Positions 48,280 through 58,527 of a stretch of 64,000 nt of DNA are shown piece after piece. The notes beneath the pieces are model-generated. The model did not search any database, was not told where the DNA came from, and was given only the letters and a program-made list of their open reading frames with translations. Source of the DNA: a virus (taxonomy: Duplodnaviria; Caudoviricetes); IMG/VR virus record IMGVR_UViG_3300028833_000142, positions 11,927-75,926 of that record. One strand, written 5' to 3'. Position 1 is the first letter of the stretch. Each line of letters starts with the position of its first letter. A program made the translations under genes and the position numbers.

Positions 48280-48790
48280 AAAGAAGTGACTGAATAATAC
48301 TTTCATCGGGTATAAAGTGGTGATATAAGAGAGTTGGAATACTCTTCATAGGTTTGTCAAAACCGAATTGTATTACGCTCAGGTCTTTTAGAAAGCTCAA
48401 GTACGCATAAGATATATCTTGCAGGTTGAAAAATTACCAAAATGGGTATACGCTAGTAGGATTTTAATTTTAAAATCTGTTCTCTGTATGCGGTACACAG
48501 CCAAAATCTAGCAATTAAACCATGCATGTAATCTGCTTACTGGTTAGAGTGGTGAGTGTTGAATAGTTTATCTATTCTATGGGAAAAATTTTATGGAGAA
48601 TGTTTTGCTGACGGGTAAAACTATTTTTTATAAAATCCGTAAAACTTGTGAAGGTCAAGGATAAAAGGTTTGATATTAGTAATAAACTAATCTAATTTTC
48701 TTTTATTTTTTAATTTTTTTAACATAATATAATGTAACATTTTAATTACCACCCTTTTAAACCTCTTTCTTGGGTGGTTTTTCTTTTGTA
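48280..48790 (+). ncRNA. Large (~500 nt) multi-hairpin ncRNA candidate C
   Basis: No ORF between a perfect promoter and a terminator (ACCACCC/GGGTGGT plus T-run). At least 8 hairpins, e.g. AGAGT/ACTCT, GGTTT/AAACC, GATTTTAA/TTAAAATC, GAATAG/CTATTC. Confidence 0.6.
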
Positions 48791-49179
48791 AAAAATTACA
48801 TGTCATTTACTGAATTTAAAAATGAGAAAATAAAAAAGCCAGAAAATATTTTTGAAAAATAAAAAACATTATATAAAGAAGATATTAAAAAATATAATAA
48901 GATAAAAAACATAGTATCTTCCAAAATATAAAACATCAATTTAATTTAAAGTTGTTAATTTCGCCCTTATATACCAAGCGTTTCAAGACTCAAAATAAAA
49001 AGCAAGTGTAAAATCACGAGTAAACCACGTGGTGAATAAGATTTATCATAGCAAATAAAATTTAACATGTAGTCCACATGTCATGCCGTAGCTCAAGCTA
49101 AAAAAATGCGATTAAAACTCTTGACTTTTGGGAAATTTTTTGCTAAAATAATTGTGTTAGTAAAATAAAGAGGAAAAAA

Positions 49180-49905
49180 ATGATAGGTAGTAGTGATTTT
49201 TTTGATTTTGACATTTCAGAGCAGGATAATTTGAGCTTTTTCACATCAACCAATATTAAGACTGTTCTTGGCAAAAATCAAGTTTTGAACTTTATAGATA
49301 AAATGAATTTTGAATTAAAAATGTTTGATTTTTCAGAAACCGCATTGAATATTGCAAAATTTTATGAAGAAAGTAAAAATACAAAAGGGATTATATCTTT
49401 TTATCAAAATCAAGTGATACAAATGATTTTATATGTTATTGAAAATTATCCCGAATTAAAAAAATATTTATATGAAAGAATTTTTGATAGTATTGAACAA
49501 GATAAAATTAAGTGTTTAGACAACACTTTTAAAAACAATGAAGAAATTTATCAAAAAACACAAGAACAAGTAAATAAGTTTGTTGAACAAAAAGCAATTT
49601 ATGAAAAGAAAATTAAAAAAATAATGAAAGATAATAAATGCAATAGAAAAACCGCAGAGCTTATATATGAAAACGAGAGATTGAAGAAATTAGCTCAAAA
49701 ACAAGGCTTTGTATCACCGAGTTTTGGTGTAGAATTTCCAAATATACCTAATATATTCGGCACAGGCATACCACAAGCACCTCAAAAAGATAGTGGTTCA
49801 AAAAACATAACTTCATCTGATGATACGGTAGAACAAGAAGAAATAATTATTGACGATACACAAAATAATAACGACTCTTTTGATGATGAAAATTTTTGGT
49901 CTTAA
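49180..49905 (+). CDS. Hypothetical protein with acidic tail
   Basis: Promoter and GAGG RBS. Confidence 0.65.
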   Translation: MIGSSDFFDFDISEQDNLSFFTSTNIKTVLGKNQVLNFIDKMNFELKMFDFSETALNIAKFYEESKNTKGIISFYQNQVIQMILYVIENYPELKKYLYERIFDSIEQDKIKCLDNTFKNNEEIYQKTQEQVNKFVEQKAIYEKKIKKIMKDNKCNRKTAELIYENERLKKLAQKQGFVSPSFGVEFPNIPNIFGTGIPQAPQKDSGSKNITSSDDTVEQEEIIIDDTQNNNDSFDDENFWS

Positions 49906-49984
49906 TATTTCTTTATAAAACACTTGACAGGCATGGTAAAATATGTTAAAGTGTATATGTAAGTTAAAAAGAAAGAGGTACATT

Positions 49985-50203
49985 ATGGGTGATGTAGTTT
50001 TATTAGAAAACAAACAACAAAGAGAAGAAAGACGGTGGGTTGAGTACCAATTAAACAACATGCCGTATGAAGAAAAAAGATATTATATAGCGAAAGTTAT
50101 ACTAAAATTTAATGATAGAACATCAGCAAATATAATATGTGGTAAAAAACTGAACGATATTGAGTTTCAGCAATTTAAAAATACGCTAAAACAATATGTT
50201 TAA
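49985..50203 (+). CDS. Early hypothetical protein
   Basis: GAAAGAGGT RBS in cassette. Confidence 0.65.
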   Translation: MGDVVLLENKQQREERRWVEYQLNNMPYEEKRYYIAKVILKFNDRTSANIICGKKLNDIEFQQFKNTLKQYV

Positions 50204-50422
50204 TATTTCTTAACAAAAAGGTTGACAATTTTATAAATAAGTGCTATATTTATTATATAAATAAAGAAGTACAATAAATTGAAATCAAAAAGAAAGCGAG
50301 GTTCAATATGTAGTGGCTAATGTACCGAATATGGTTAAGGCACATTGTAAGATTTAAAACCACAAACAATTTTTATTTTTATAGGATTTAAAATCAATAG
50401 TACAAAAAGAAAGAGGTAAAAA

Positions 50423-51067
50423 ATGAGTTACGAAATTGTAAAAACTTTAAGCGTAAACCAAAATGAAAATGGTAAATGGTACGCAAAGGTAGTATCGGCT
50501 TGTAATAATTGCTATCCGCATTATTATTCAGCATGGGATTATGGGTTTTTTGATACAAAAGAAGAATTGCAGAAATCTTTACTATTAGATTTCTTTCATG
50601 GTAATTTTCATGGTGGCACATCAACCAAATACGGACAATTTATTAAAAGTTTAGGTGGTTGGGGTAGTAAACAAGATAACGGTAGTTACGTATGTAAAAT
50701 ACACAGGTTTTATGATGATATTATATACGGCTCTTTATATGGTAACAAATATAAAGATGTTGATAGAAAAATTTGTAGTAAACTATCTGTTAGACGAGAT
50801 AGAGAATTAAGAAGATATTTATATAAAGAATTTCAACAGTTTTCTAACACGCATAAACCATGCAAATTAAGAACATGGTCATATAATAAATATCTTAATG
50901 AATGGGTAGCAGGTGCATACTTGCATACTTATTATAAACAACGCAAAGGTGCGTATTTTACAAACAGTTATGAAAATGCTACGGTTTATAATAAAGCAAG
51001 TAAAATAGGTTATTTAACAAAACTTGCTGAACAAAACGGTTTAAGAGTAGAAAAAATATATGTGTAG
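50423..51067 (+). CDS. Early hypothetical protein
   Basis: GAAAGAGGT RBS. Confidence 0.7.
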   Translation: MSYEIVKTLSVNQNENGKWYAKVVSACNNCYPHYYSAWDYGFFDTKEELQKSLLLDFFHGNFHGGTSTKYGQFIKSLGGWGSKQDNGSYVCKIHRFYDDIIYGSLYGNKYKDVDRKICSKLSVRRDRELRRYLYKEFQQFSNTHKPCKLRTWSYNKYLNEWVAGAYLHTYYKQRKGAYFTNSYENATVYNKASKIGYLTKLAEQNGLRVEKIYV

Positions 51068-51080
51068 AAAGAGGTGTAAC

Positions 51081-51296
51081 ATGCTTTCAAAGAAACTTCA
51101 AAAAGCCATAGAGAAACAACTAGAACACGATTTTAGAGCAGATAAAGATGTATTGAGGGTATTTATAACCAAATGTCCAAAAGGTTCATTAAAAACTTGT
51201 TTAATGGCTTGTGAACAAAATTATTGTGGTGTTAAAATATTACTTAATTGGGATTATAATTATAAAACAATAAATGCAAGATATTGTGAGGTATAA
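51081..51296 (+). CDS. Early hypothetical protein
   Basis: GAAAGAGGT RBS. Confidence 0.6.
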   Translation: MLSKKLQKAIEKQLEHDFRADKDVLRVFITKCPKGSLKTCLMACEQNYCGVKILLNWDYNYKTINARYCEV

Positions 51297-51297
51297 A

Positions 51298-51537
51298 ATG
51301 GAATTAACAGTTAAAAACTTTAAAAAAGCATTATCAAAAGTTGATGAAAACAAAATTGTATATGTAGAGGGTGGTTTTGGTCGCTCTGATATACATGTAG
51401 CGTATGATATAAGAGAATTATCAAATGGTAATATTATGGTAAATATTGACGGTTGTTGTGGTGAAGATGATAGAGAAAACACTCAATTTGATTACGAATA
51501 TTTTGTCGAAAGTAAAAGTTTAATTAAAGAGGTATAA
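51298..51537 (+). CDS. Early hypothetical protein
   Basis: GAGGT RBS. Confidence 0.6.
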   Translation: MELTVKNFKKALSKVDENKIVYVEGGFGRSDIHVAYDIRELSNGNIMVNIDGCCGEDDRENTQFDYEYFVESKSLIKEV

Positions 51538-51538
51538 T

Positions 51539-51733
51539 ATGAAGAAATATATTATTTTATTATTGATTTTGATTTTAAACTTTGGTTTATTATGTCATGC
51601 TCAACAAAAACAAGATAAACCAAAATCACCGAGTCAAAGTACAAGTAAAGAAAATAAAATCAGAAAACAAAATTTTGATTTATGTGTACTAAGTGGCAAA
51701 AATAGGTCATATTGTTATTATTTATATTATTAA
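51539..51733 (+). CDS. Small secreted protein
   Basis: Signal peptide MKKYIILLLILILNFGLLCHA. Confidence 0.6.
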   Translation: MKKYIILLLILILNFGLLCHAQQKQDKPKSPSQSTSKENKIRKQNFDLCVLSGKNRSYCYYLYY

Positions 51734-51913
51734 GACTAATTGTTAAGAAATGTAAAATAATACAAAAGATGTATTGACTTAAGGTAAATAATGTGATACT
51801 ATATAATTGTAAACCAAAGAGGAAATTTTAAAAGTTAATTCACCTCTCTAAAAGAAGATATAAATTAAGGTTTGCAAAAGAGTTACAAAATAAAGCATAG
51901 AAAGAGGTGTACA

Positions 51914-52543
51914 ATGGGTACAAGAGGACTTACAGTAATTGTTAAAGACAATCAAATCAAATTATCAAACTACCAACAATTTAATAGTTACTTTGATTAC
52001 ACAGGTATTAAGTTTTTAGAATTTTGTAAAGAGAATTTAAACGAAGAAAGAAAAATTAAAAACTTTTCTGAAAAAGTAGATTTATTACAAGATGTTACAA
52101 ACGGTACTGAATTTAAAAATAAACTTAATAAACTTTTAGAAATGTTCAGAGATGGAAAAACATATTTCTTGGGCATAAACGAATTATTACCGCAATTTAG
52201 CAGAGATACAGGTGTAAAAATATTAGATATAATCAATAATTTATCTACTTTTGATTTTGGAAATAAAAAATATCCAATTTTTATTGATTTAGATGTTTGT
52301 GGCATAGAATATATAAATGTTATAGATTTGGATAAACAAAAAGTATATATGTTAAGAGATATATATATAAAGGGTTTTAAATCTTTAAAGGTAAATAAGG
52401 TTATTGAAGAAACATTTATTAAAAGAGGATTTGAATGTTATTTATCTTACAAATTAGATAAAATCCCAAGTATAAAAACGGCTAAAAAACAGTATGAAAA
52501 GACTGTAATTAAAGAAGAAGAAACCGAAGAAATACCATTTTAA
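51914..52543 (+). CDS. Early hypothetical protein (MGTRG...YxQxxSY type)
   Basis: AAGAGGT RBS after a structured leader. Confidence 0.65.
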   Translation: MGTRGLTVIVKDNQIKLSNYQQFNSYFDYTGIKFLEFCKENLNEERKIKNFSEKVDLLQDVTNGTEFKNKLNKLLEMFRDGKTYFLGINELLPQFSRDTGVKILDIINNLSTFDFGNKKYPIFIDLDVCGIEYINVIDLDKQKVYMLRDIYIKGFKSLKVNKVIEETFIKRGFECYLSYKLDKIPSIKTAKKQYEKTVIKEEETEEIPF

Positions 52544-52687
52544 TATTTCTTAACAAAGTGCTTGACAAAATAAAATTTATTTGGTAATATATAGAAAAAG
52601 GGATAAGTATAATGGAAGATTATACCGAATGATATAGGGCTAACAAACTATATCTTCCCTTTTAAATAAAAGAAAGAGGTAAATTAA

Positions 52688-53014
52688 ATGATTAGAAACA
52701 TTAAACATCAATTTAAGTTACAAGAGTTAATAACCAAATATGCTGAAAAATGTAATGCAGAATGGATAACACTTGATGAAACATTACAATATAAAAATAC
52801 GGAATACCAAAGCTCAATGATAGGTATAGGTGTAGGCGAAGAACCGACAAAACACCTATCAGATGAAGAAATGTGGAATGCAATAGAATTAACTTATTAT
52901 TATGACAAGCAAATTGTATTTTATATTTTTGCTGACTCTGATAAATTTAGGGTATATCATAATAAAGGTACAGGTATAAACGGTTCTGAATTGATAGAAG
53001 TAGTAAAATTTTAG
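52688..53014 (+). CDS. Early hypothetical protein
   Basis: GAAAGAGGT RBS. Confidence 0.65.
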   Translation: MIRNIKHQFKLQELITKYAEKCNAEWITLDETLQYKNTEYQSSMIGIGVGEEPTKHLSDEEMWNAIELTYYYDKQIVFYIFADSDKFRVYHNKGTGINGSELIEVVKF

Positions 53015-53029
53015 AAAGAGAGGTATAAA

Positions 53030-53338
53030 ATGGCTTTATCAGAATTTAAGGAAAGACAATATTTAAAATGGGGTGATTTTCTAATTGAATTAGAAGAAAA
53101 GATTGAAACCTTATTTGAAAACAAACTAGCAAAAGATGAAAGAAAATACATAGAACAACAAATTAAAAAAGGTGATGAATTGCAAGAACAGTTGAATGAA
53201 GAATGGCTTGACAAGGGTTTTATGACCTATCAACAATATATGTCGCAAATGTATAAATATATTCATTTACAAGATGAAATTATTAGAAACATTGAAAAAT
53301 ATATTACAAATATTAAGAATTATAAAGAAGAAAAATAA
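53030..53338 (+). CDS. Early hypothetical protein
   Basis: GAGAGGT RBS. Confidence 0.65.
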   Translation: MALSEFKERQYLKWGDFLIELEEKIETLFENKLAKDERKYIEQQIKKGDELQEQLNEEWLDKGFMTYQQYMSQMYKYIHLQDEIIRNIEKYITNIKNYKEEK

Positions 53339-53403
53339 AACATTTGACAAATAAAATTTTATATGATAGTATATAAGAGTAGTCAAAAAGAAAGAGGTAC
53401 AAA

Positions 53404-53742
53404 ATGGGTTTTTTCAGTTGGTATACGCAAGATACAAATAAATCAATAGCAAATAAATACAGTAGTAGACCTACGTTTACAGTTTATATGGTTAATCCTT
53501 TAGATTTAAATGAATATTATAAAGAGGATAATTATAATGGCTATGGTGAATTTGGCGGCAAAGATTACTATGAATTGTTGGCAGAAATAAACGATTTGGG
53601 TTCTGATAGAATTAAGGGTATAGAATTAGCTTTTGATAATACAAAAAATATAGAATATCCTATTCTTGTTGAAAGATTAGAAAATGCTATCAATATAACA
53701 GGTAAACCTAAAAATTGTGAAAATCAAGGATTTTTTTATTAA
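53404..53742 (+). CDS. Early hypothetical protein (MGFFSW...YxGYGEFGGKD type)
   Basis: Cassette RBS. Confidence 0.65.
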   Translation: MGFFSWYTQDTNKSIANKYSSRPTFTVYMVNPLDLNEYYKEDNYNGYGEFGGKDYYELLAEINDLGSDRIKGIELAFDNTKNIEYPILVERLENAINITGKPKNCENQGFFY

Positions 53743-53760
53743 AATAGAAAGAGGTGTAAA

Positions 53761-53964
53761 ATGATGACAAAAACAGAACAAAATATGTTAGATATGGCAA
53801 GAGAAAGTGCTAAAAATCATAAACAAGATTTGGATAGACTTTTAGAAAATATAAATAATCTTAAAGGTTATTTGAAAGTGTATGAAACACTTGATGATAC
53901 ATCAAATAAAGAAATTGTATTATGCGAAACAATATTAAGGTATTTGAAACAGAAAGAGGTATAA
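53761..53964 (+). CDS. Early hypothetical protein
   Basis: GAAAGAGGT RBS. Confidence 0.6.
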   Translation: MMTKTEQNMLDMARESAKNHKQDLDRLLENINNLKGYLKVYETLDDTSNKEIVLCETILRYLKQKEV

Positions 53965-53966
53965 AA

Positions 53967-54236
53967 ATGGACAAAGCAACATTAAAAGCGAGATTATTAA
54001 GAAACGAAATAGTATCAAGCGCAGTAAATAGTAGTAATTTAAGCACATGGTCGTATAATCCGGGTATATCAGAATTGACAATTTTATTTGGTCGTGGTAC
54101 AACATACAAGTATAAAAATGTGGATAGAGATACGATTTTGAAACTTATAAATGCCGAAAGCGTCGGTAAAGAGTTTAGAAAAAGTATTATGGGTAAATTT
54201 GAATATAAAAAAGAGGATATACAGGCTATTTTATAG
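53967..54236 (+). CDS. KTSC-domain protein
   Basis: VNSSNLSTWSYNP...LTILFGRGTTYKYKNV...LINAESVGKEF. Confidence 0.85.
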   Translation: MDKATLKARLLRNEIVSSAVNSSNLSTWSYNPGISELTILFGRGTTYKYKNVDRDTILKLINAESVGKEFRKSIMGKFEYKKEDIQAIL

Positions 54237-54247
54237 GATATGATAAA

Positions 54248-54853
54248 ATGAGTTTTATAAATGTACCTAGCAAAATAACACGAAAAGACATTAAATATTG
54301 CGGAAATATTTATAAAGGAAATGGTTTTAGTTATGTATTATCAGATTTAGAAAATAAAGATATTGGAAAAACCTTAAAATTAAACGGTTATGGTTGGTAT
54401 AATTATGTTTACAAAGTTTATGATACATATCTATTTATAATCGGTAATCAAATAAAAAATAAAGATGTGAATATTAAAAACATTGATTTTGTAAGTAAAA
54501 TTTTAAAATTTGAATATTATTTACACAATAACGATAAAAGAATAATGGATTTTGATATACCGAGCAACATATTAACTATAATATCAAACGAGAGGTGGTT
54601 AGACGGCTCATTTTTGAATGATTATACAAAAAGGGTAGATTATATCATAAATAAAAATAAACCGTCTTTAAAAGGCATACAAGAGTCTTATATTAAATAC
54701 ATGAAGTTTTTATGTGATAATCCGTATACAAACATGGGTTTATTTAAAAATGGTTTATCTATAAATTTATTAACAGGTAATAAAATAAAATTAATGAAAG
54801 ACACATCAATAGACGGATATATTATAAAATATGACTTATCAGACTTTTTGTAA
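54248..54853 (+). CDS. Early hypothetical protein
   Basis: AGGA RBS. Confidence 0.6.
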   Translation: MSFINVPSKITRKDIKYCGNIYKGNGFSYVLSDLENKDIGKTLKLNGYGWYNYVYKVYDTYLFIIGNQIKNKDVNIKNIDFVSKILKFEYYLHNNDKRIMDFDIPSNILTIISNERWLDGSFLNDYTKRVDYIINKNKPSLKGIQESYIKYMKFLCDNPYTNMGLFKNGLSINLLTGNKIKLMKDTSIDGYIIKYDLSDFL

Positions 54854-55012
54854 TATTTCTTAACAAAGTGCTTGACAAAATAAAAAATATTTGGTATTAT
54901 ATAGACATAAACCAAAGAGGAAGTTTAAAAGTTTAATTCACCTCTATAAAAGAAGATATAAAATAAGGTTTACAAAAGAGTTACAAATTAAAGTATAGAA
55001 AGAGGTAAAAAC

Positions 55013-55186
55013 ATGGACGTTATTAAGTTAATAATATTTCTATCAAGTGGAATAGGACAATTTATTGTAATTGCTTTATTAATAGGTTTATTTCTTCCAC
55101 ATTGTATTTTAGAAATTTATGGTTTTATTATTGGTTTGATTTTTATAGTATTGTTTATTGCAGGTTTTGTGAGTTTGTTAAAATAA
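55013..55186 (+). CDS. Small two-helix membrane protein (57 aa)
   Basis: GAAAGAGGT RBS after the duplicated leader. Not in the ORF track. Confidence 0.6.
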   Translation: MDVIKLIIFLSSGIGQFIVIALLIGLFLPHCILEIYGFIIGLIFIVLFIAGFVSLLK

Positions 55187-55467
55187 TGAATAGATATGAA
55201 TTGCACAAAATAATATTTTTTCTTAAAAATACAAGAGAAGATTTTATACAAGATTATCAAATTAACGACATAGAATACGACATAATGTTTTATAAATTTT
55301 ATAATAACTTGATTTATAATATAGAAACAATATATAAAGAAATATTACAAGTTAAAGATATGGCAAAAGTTGTATATTTACAGGTATTACAAGACTTTAT
55401 AAGAACATTAGAAGAAAATAAACAAGAAAAATTAAAATACATACTTGACAAACAATTTATATTTTGA
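55186..55467 (+). CDS. Early hypothetical protein
   Basis: TAATG coupling with the upstream gene. Confidence 0.55.
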   Translation: MNRYELHKIIFFLKNTREDFIQDYQINDIEYDIMFYKFYNNLIYNIETIYKEILQVKDMAKVVYLQVLQDFIRTLEENKQEKLKYILDKQFIF

Positions 55468-55682
55468 TAGAATGTGAATATAAAAGAAAGAGGTAAATCA
55501 TGTACAAATTAACAGTTAAAAATAGTGTTTACACTATACCAAAAGAAAATTTAAAATTCTTAGCTATTATGAAAGCTAAAGATTACGGTAAAAATCCCGA
55601 TTTATCAACAGAAGAAAAAATTATTGATTTTTTTAAAAGCATTAGAATATTCGTAGAAAAAGTATAGAAAGAGGTAATAAAA

Positions 55683-55961
55683 ATGATAATAAAAGCACTT
55701 ATTATGTATGTAATAGCAAGTTATATGTTAGTACCAGTATTATTTTTCTTTAATGAAAAATACAACTTAAACTTTGGTGTATTTTGGTATTGTGAGAGTA
55801 CAATGGATAAACTTACAAACTTTTCTAATTGTTGGTTTATATCCCCAGTTACAATAATTTTCTTTATTCTTCAAGAAACTACAAGACTTATATCATTTAT
55901 AACGGAAATATTATCAGTTTTAGTATATTATGTAATTATGAAGTTTTGTAACAAAGATTAA
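55683..55961 (+). CDS. Early membrane protein
   Basis: Hydrophobic; GAAAGAGGT RBS. Confidence 0.6.
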   Translation: MIIKALIMYVIASYMLVPVLFFFNEKYNLNFGVFWYCESTMDKLTNFSNCWFISPVTIIFFILQETTRLISFITEILSVLVYYVIMKFCNKD

Positions 55962-56033
55962 AAAAATATAGTTGACAAAATAAAATTTATTTGATAGTAT
56001 ATACATGTAATTAAAAAGAAAGAGGTAAAAAAA

Positions 56034-56321
56034 ATGAGTATGTCAATTAGAATTTACAACGAAGTTGTAGGCGAAAAATTTATCGGTAACGAAACTTATC
56101 AAACAATTACAAGAGAACAAATCGTTCCAACATTATCAAACAGTGATTTCGCAGATGATTTAATTTCAGAATGTCGCAGAAACTGGTATCTTGAAGATAC
56201 AGCAGGATTTGAGGGTGAATTATATGGGCATGGCTTAATCCCACTTTTAAAAAAGTATAATTTTAACTCTATACAACAATTAGATGATGAAGATTATTAT
56301 ATAGTGTCAATTTCATGGTAA
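56034..56321 (+). CDS. Early hypothetical protein
   Basis: Cassette RBS. Confidence 0.65.
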   Translation: MSMSIRIYNEVVGEKFIGNETYQTITREQIVPTLSNSDFADDLISECRRNWYLEDTAGFEGELYGHGLIPLLKKYNFNSIQQLDDEDYYIVSISW

Positions 56322-56337
56322 TAGAAAGAGGTATAAA

Positions 56338-56589
56338 ATGAAAAGTATTAAAGAACAAGTAAACAAACAAATTTTACAAGACAAAATGAAATACGGTGTA
56401 AAAACTGTTGGTGATTTAATTTTGGTATTAAATAAACTAATTGAAAATAAGGAATTGACTCCCGAAACAAAAATAAATCTATCTGATTTTGAATTTAACG
56501 GCAGACAGAGAAATTTTGAAATTTCAAAGGTTGAAGGTGAAAAAGAATTATTCTTTATGTACGAAATGCATGAAGGTGAATGGTTTTAA
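56338..56589 (+). CDS. Early hypothetical protein
   Basis: GAAAGAGGT RBS. Confidence 0.6.
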   Translation: MKSIKEQVNKQILQDKMKYGVKTVGDLILVLNKLIENKELTPETKINLSDFEFNGRQRNFEISKVEGEKELFFMYEMHEGEWF

Positions 56590-56671
56590 AAACCTCTTTC
56601 AAGAGGTATAGAATTTAATTTTATACCTCTTTTCTTTGAAGTATTATTTAAAAATAAAAGGAAGTGAAATT

Positions 56672-56833
56672 ATGAGTTTAAAAAATCCAAATTGGAATGA
56701 TTATAGCGATAGACAATTATTTGATAAATTATTTTATCAAAATAACGACAACAAACCATTAACGGAACAAGAAGAAGAATTTTGCAAAACAATGTATCAT
56801 TTTGAAGAATTTGCAAGTGGTTTAGACGGATAG
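56672..56833 (+). CDS. Early hypothetical protein
   Basis: AAGGAAG RBS. Confidence 0.5.
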   Translation: MSLKNPNWNDYSDRQLFDKLFYQNNDNKPLTEQEEEFCKTMYHFEEFASGLDG

Positions 56834-57094
56834 AAAGAGGTGTAAAATGAGTACGGTATATAATTATAATTTAAGTAAAGATTTGCGAGCATTACAAGGC
56901 AAAATAAAGGGATTAGAACAAATAAAACCTTTTGTTAATAAAGCAAAAAATAAAATAATCTCTAACAAAATTAGAGAATTAAACAAGCAAATAAAACTTT
57001 TGGAAAGATAACTTAATATTTCTTAACAAAAAGGTTGACAAAATAAAATTTATTTGGTAGTATATACATGTAGTTAAAAAGAAAGAGGTAAAAA

Positions 57095-57334
57095 ATGAAC
57101 AAACTAGAACAATACAAAAATTTAGTTATTACTACCAACACAGAAACTATATTATCAAATATAGATTTAATTCAAAAATATTCCGAAAGAATTTCGAGAT
57201 TAAAAAAGCATGAATATGCACAATATTTTGAAAATGAAATTGTAAGATATGAAAAAACAATACAAGAATTAAAACAAGAAAATGTAGAATATTTAGAAGA
57301 AATTGACAAAGTAAAAGAAATGAAAGAGGTGTAA
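57095..57334 (+). CDS. Early coiled-coil protein
   Basis: Cassette RBS. Confidence 0.6.
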   Translation: MNKLEQYKNLVITTNTETILSNIDLIQKYSERISRLKKHEYAQYFENEIVRYEKTIQELKQENVEYLEEIDKVKEMKEV

Positions 57335-57586
57335 TATGGTTGCAGAATTTGAACTTTATAAAAATGATGAACTAGAATTTAAAACTTTTAAATTACAGGA
57401 TATAATAGACAGTTTAGAAAATGAAGTTAAAATCAACTGTATAGATGACCTTTTTGATAAAAGAGTTATGAAGGATTATAGAATTGAGGTTGTTACACAT
57501 TAACTTAATATTTCTTTACAAAGTAGTTGACAAATAAAATTTTATTTGGTAGTATATACATGTAGTTAAAAGAAAGAGGTTTTAAA

Positions 57587-58081
57587 ATGGTAGCAAGATT
57601 TGATGAATTATTAAATGTCGTAAAAGCAGATTTAAAAGGTGTTGTACCTTATTCAGAAAACATTACATCGAAAGTTTTATTATTAAGCAATAGAAATAAA
57701 AGAACTTTGGGTAAATGCACAAGAAATAGAGAAAATACGCAGTTTACTATTTCATTAAACCCGAAACTTGAAAATATGTCTGAACAGTTAATTAAAGATG
57801 TATTAGCACACGAAATTATACATACCGCAAAAGGTTGTTTTAATCATAGTTATAATTTCAAAAATTATATGTATAGAGTGAATTATAATTGTAAAAATTA
57901 TAATGTTGAAATAAAATCAAAAAGTCAAGAGTGGGAAGAAAACAAACAATATAAATATAAATTAACTTGTAAAAAATGCGGTAAAGTGTTTTACAGAAAT
58001 AGAATTGTCCATGAATATGCAAAATTAGGTTTATATAGTCATAAATGCGGTGGTGATTTGATTATAGAGCAATTATATTAA
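57587..58081 (+). CDS. SprT-like zinc metalloprotease
   Basis: RTLGKC, LAHEIIH...H and C-terminal CKKC. Confidence 0.88.
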   Translation: MVARFDELLNVVKADLKGVVPYSENITSKVLLLSNRNKRTLGKCTRNRENTQFTISLNPKLENMSEQLIKDVLAHEIIHTAKGCFNHSYNFKNYMYRVNYNCKNYNVEIKSKSQEWEENKQYKYKLTCKKCGKVFYRNRIVHEYAKLGLYSHKCGGDLIIEQLY

Positions 58082-58167
58082 GAAATGTAAATTATAAAAT
58101 AAAATAGTTGACAAAATAAACTTTATTTGGTAGTATATAAGAGTAGTCAAAAAGAAAGAGGTAAATT

Positions 58168-58527
58168 ATGGCAACAAAAAATCAATTAGCGGTTATTCAC
58201 ATTTTAAAAAAAGAATATGGTTTATCAGATAATGAATACACTGATTTAATGTGGAATTTATTTAATGAAACATCTTCAAGACATTTAGATGAAGAACGAG
58301 CAGAAAAATTTATTCATGCTTTAAATTATAAATATAATGAAAGTTATAAAAGAGGTTATGATAAGGCAATTTCAGAGGTTTGCGGTAAAGATTTAGATAC
58401 GCAATTTATATTTTTCTATCGTGATAGATTTGAAAAAGAACCTACAAATTTAGAATTGTATTTATTCGGTAAATTAGATGATAACCAAAAATCAGACACT
58501 ATAAACGATTTAAAAAAACAATTTTAA
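58168..58527 (+). CDS. Mu GemA/gp16-like regulatory protein
   Basis: QLAVIHILKKEYGLSDNEYTDLM...SSRHLDEERAEKFI. Confidence 0.65.
   Translation: MATKNQLAVIHILKKEYGLSDNEYTDLMWNLFNETSSRHLDEERAEKFIHALNYKYNESYKRGYDKAISEVCGKDLDTQFIFFYRDRFEKEPTNLELYLFGKLDDNQKSDTINDLKKQF

Noticed and set aside
26090-48790. tmRNA, RNase P, SRP, group I/II intron or cobalamin riboswitch identity for the ncRNA candidates
   Set aside because: Diagnostic consensus elements (GGGG...CCACCA ends, GAGGAAAGUCC, GUGCG...AY, CCCGC-ACUGU) were not found by eye.
50305-50372. tRNA-like fragment (TACCGAATATGGTTAAGG resembles a D-arm)
   Set aside because: No anticodon arm, T-arm or CCA can be built; at most a decayed remnant.
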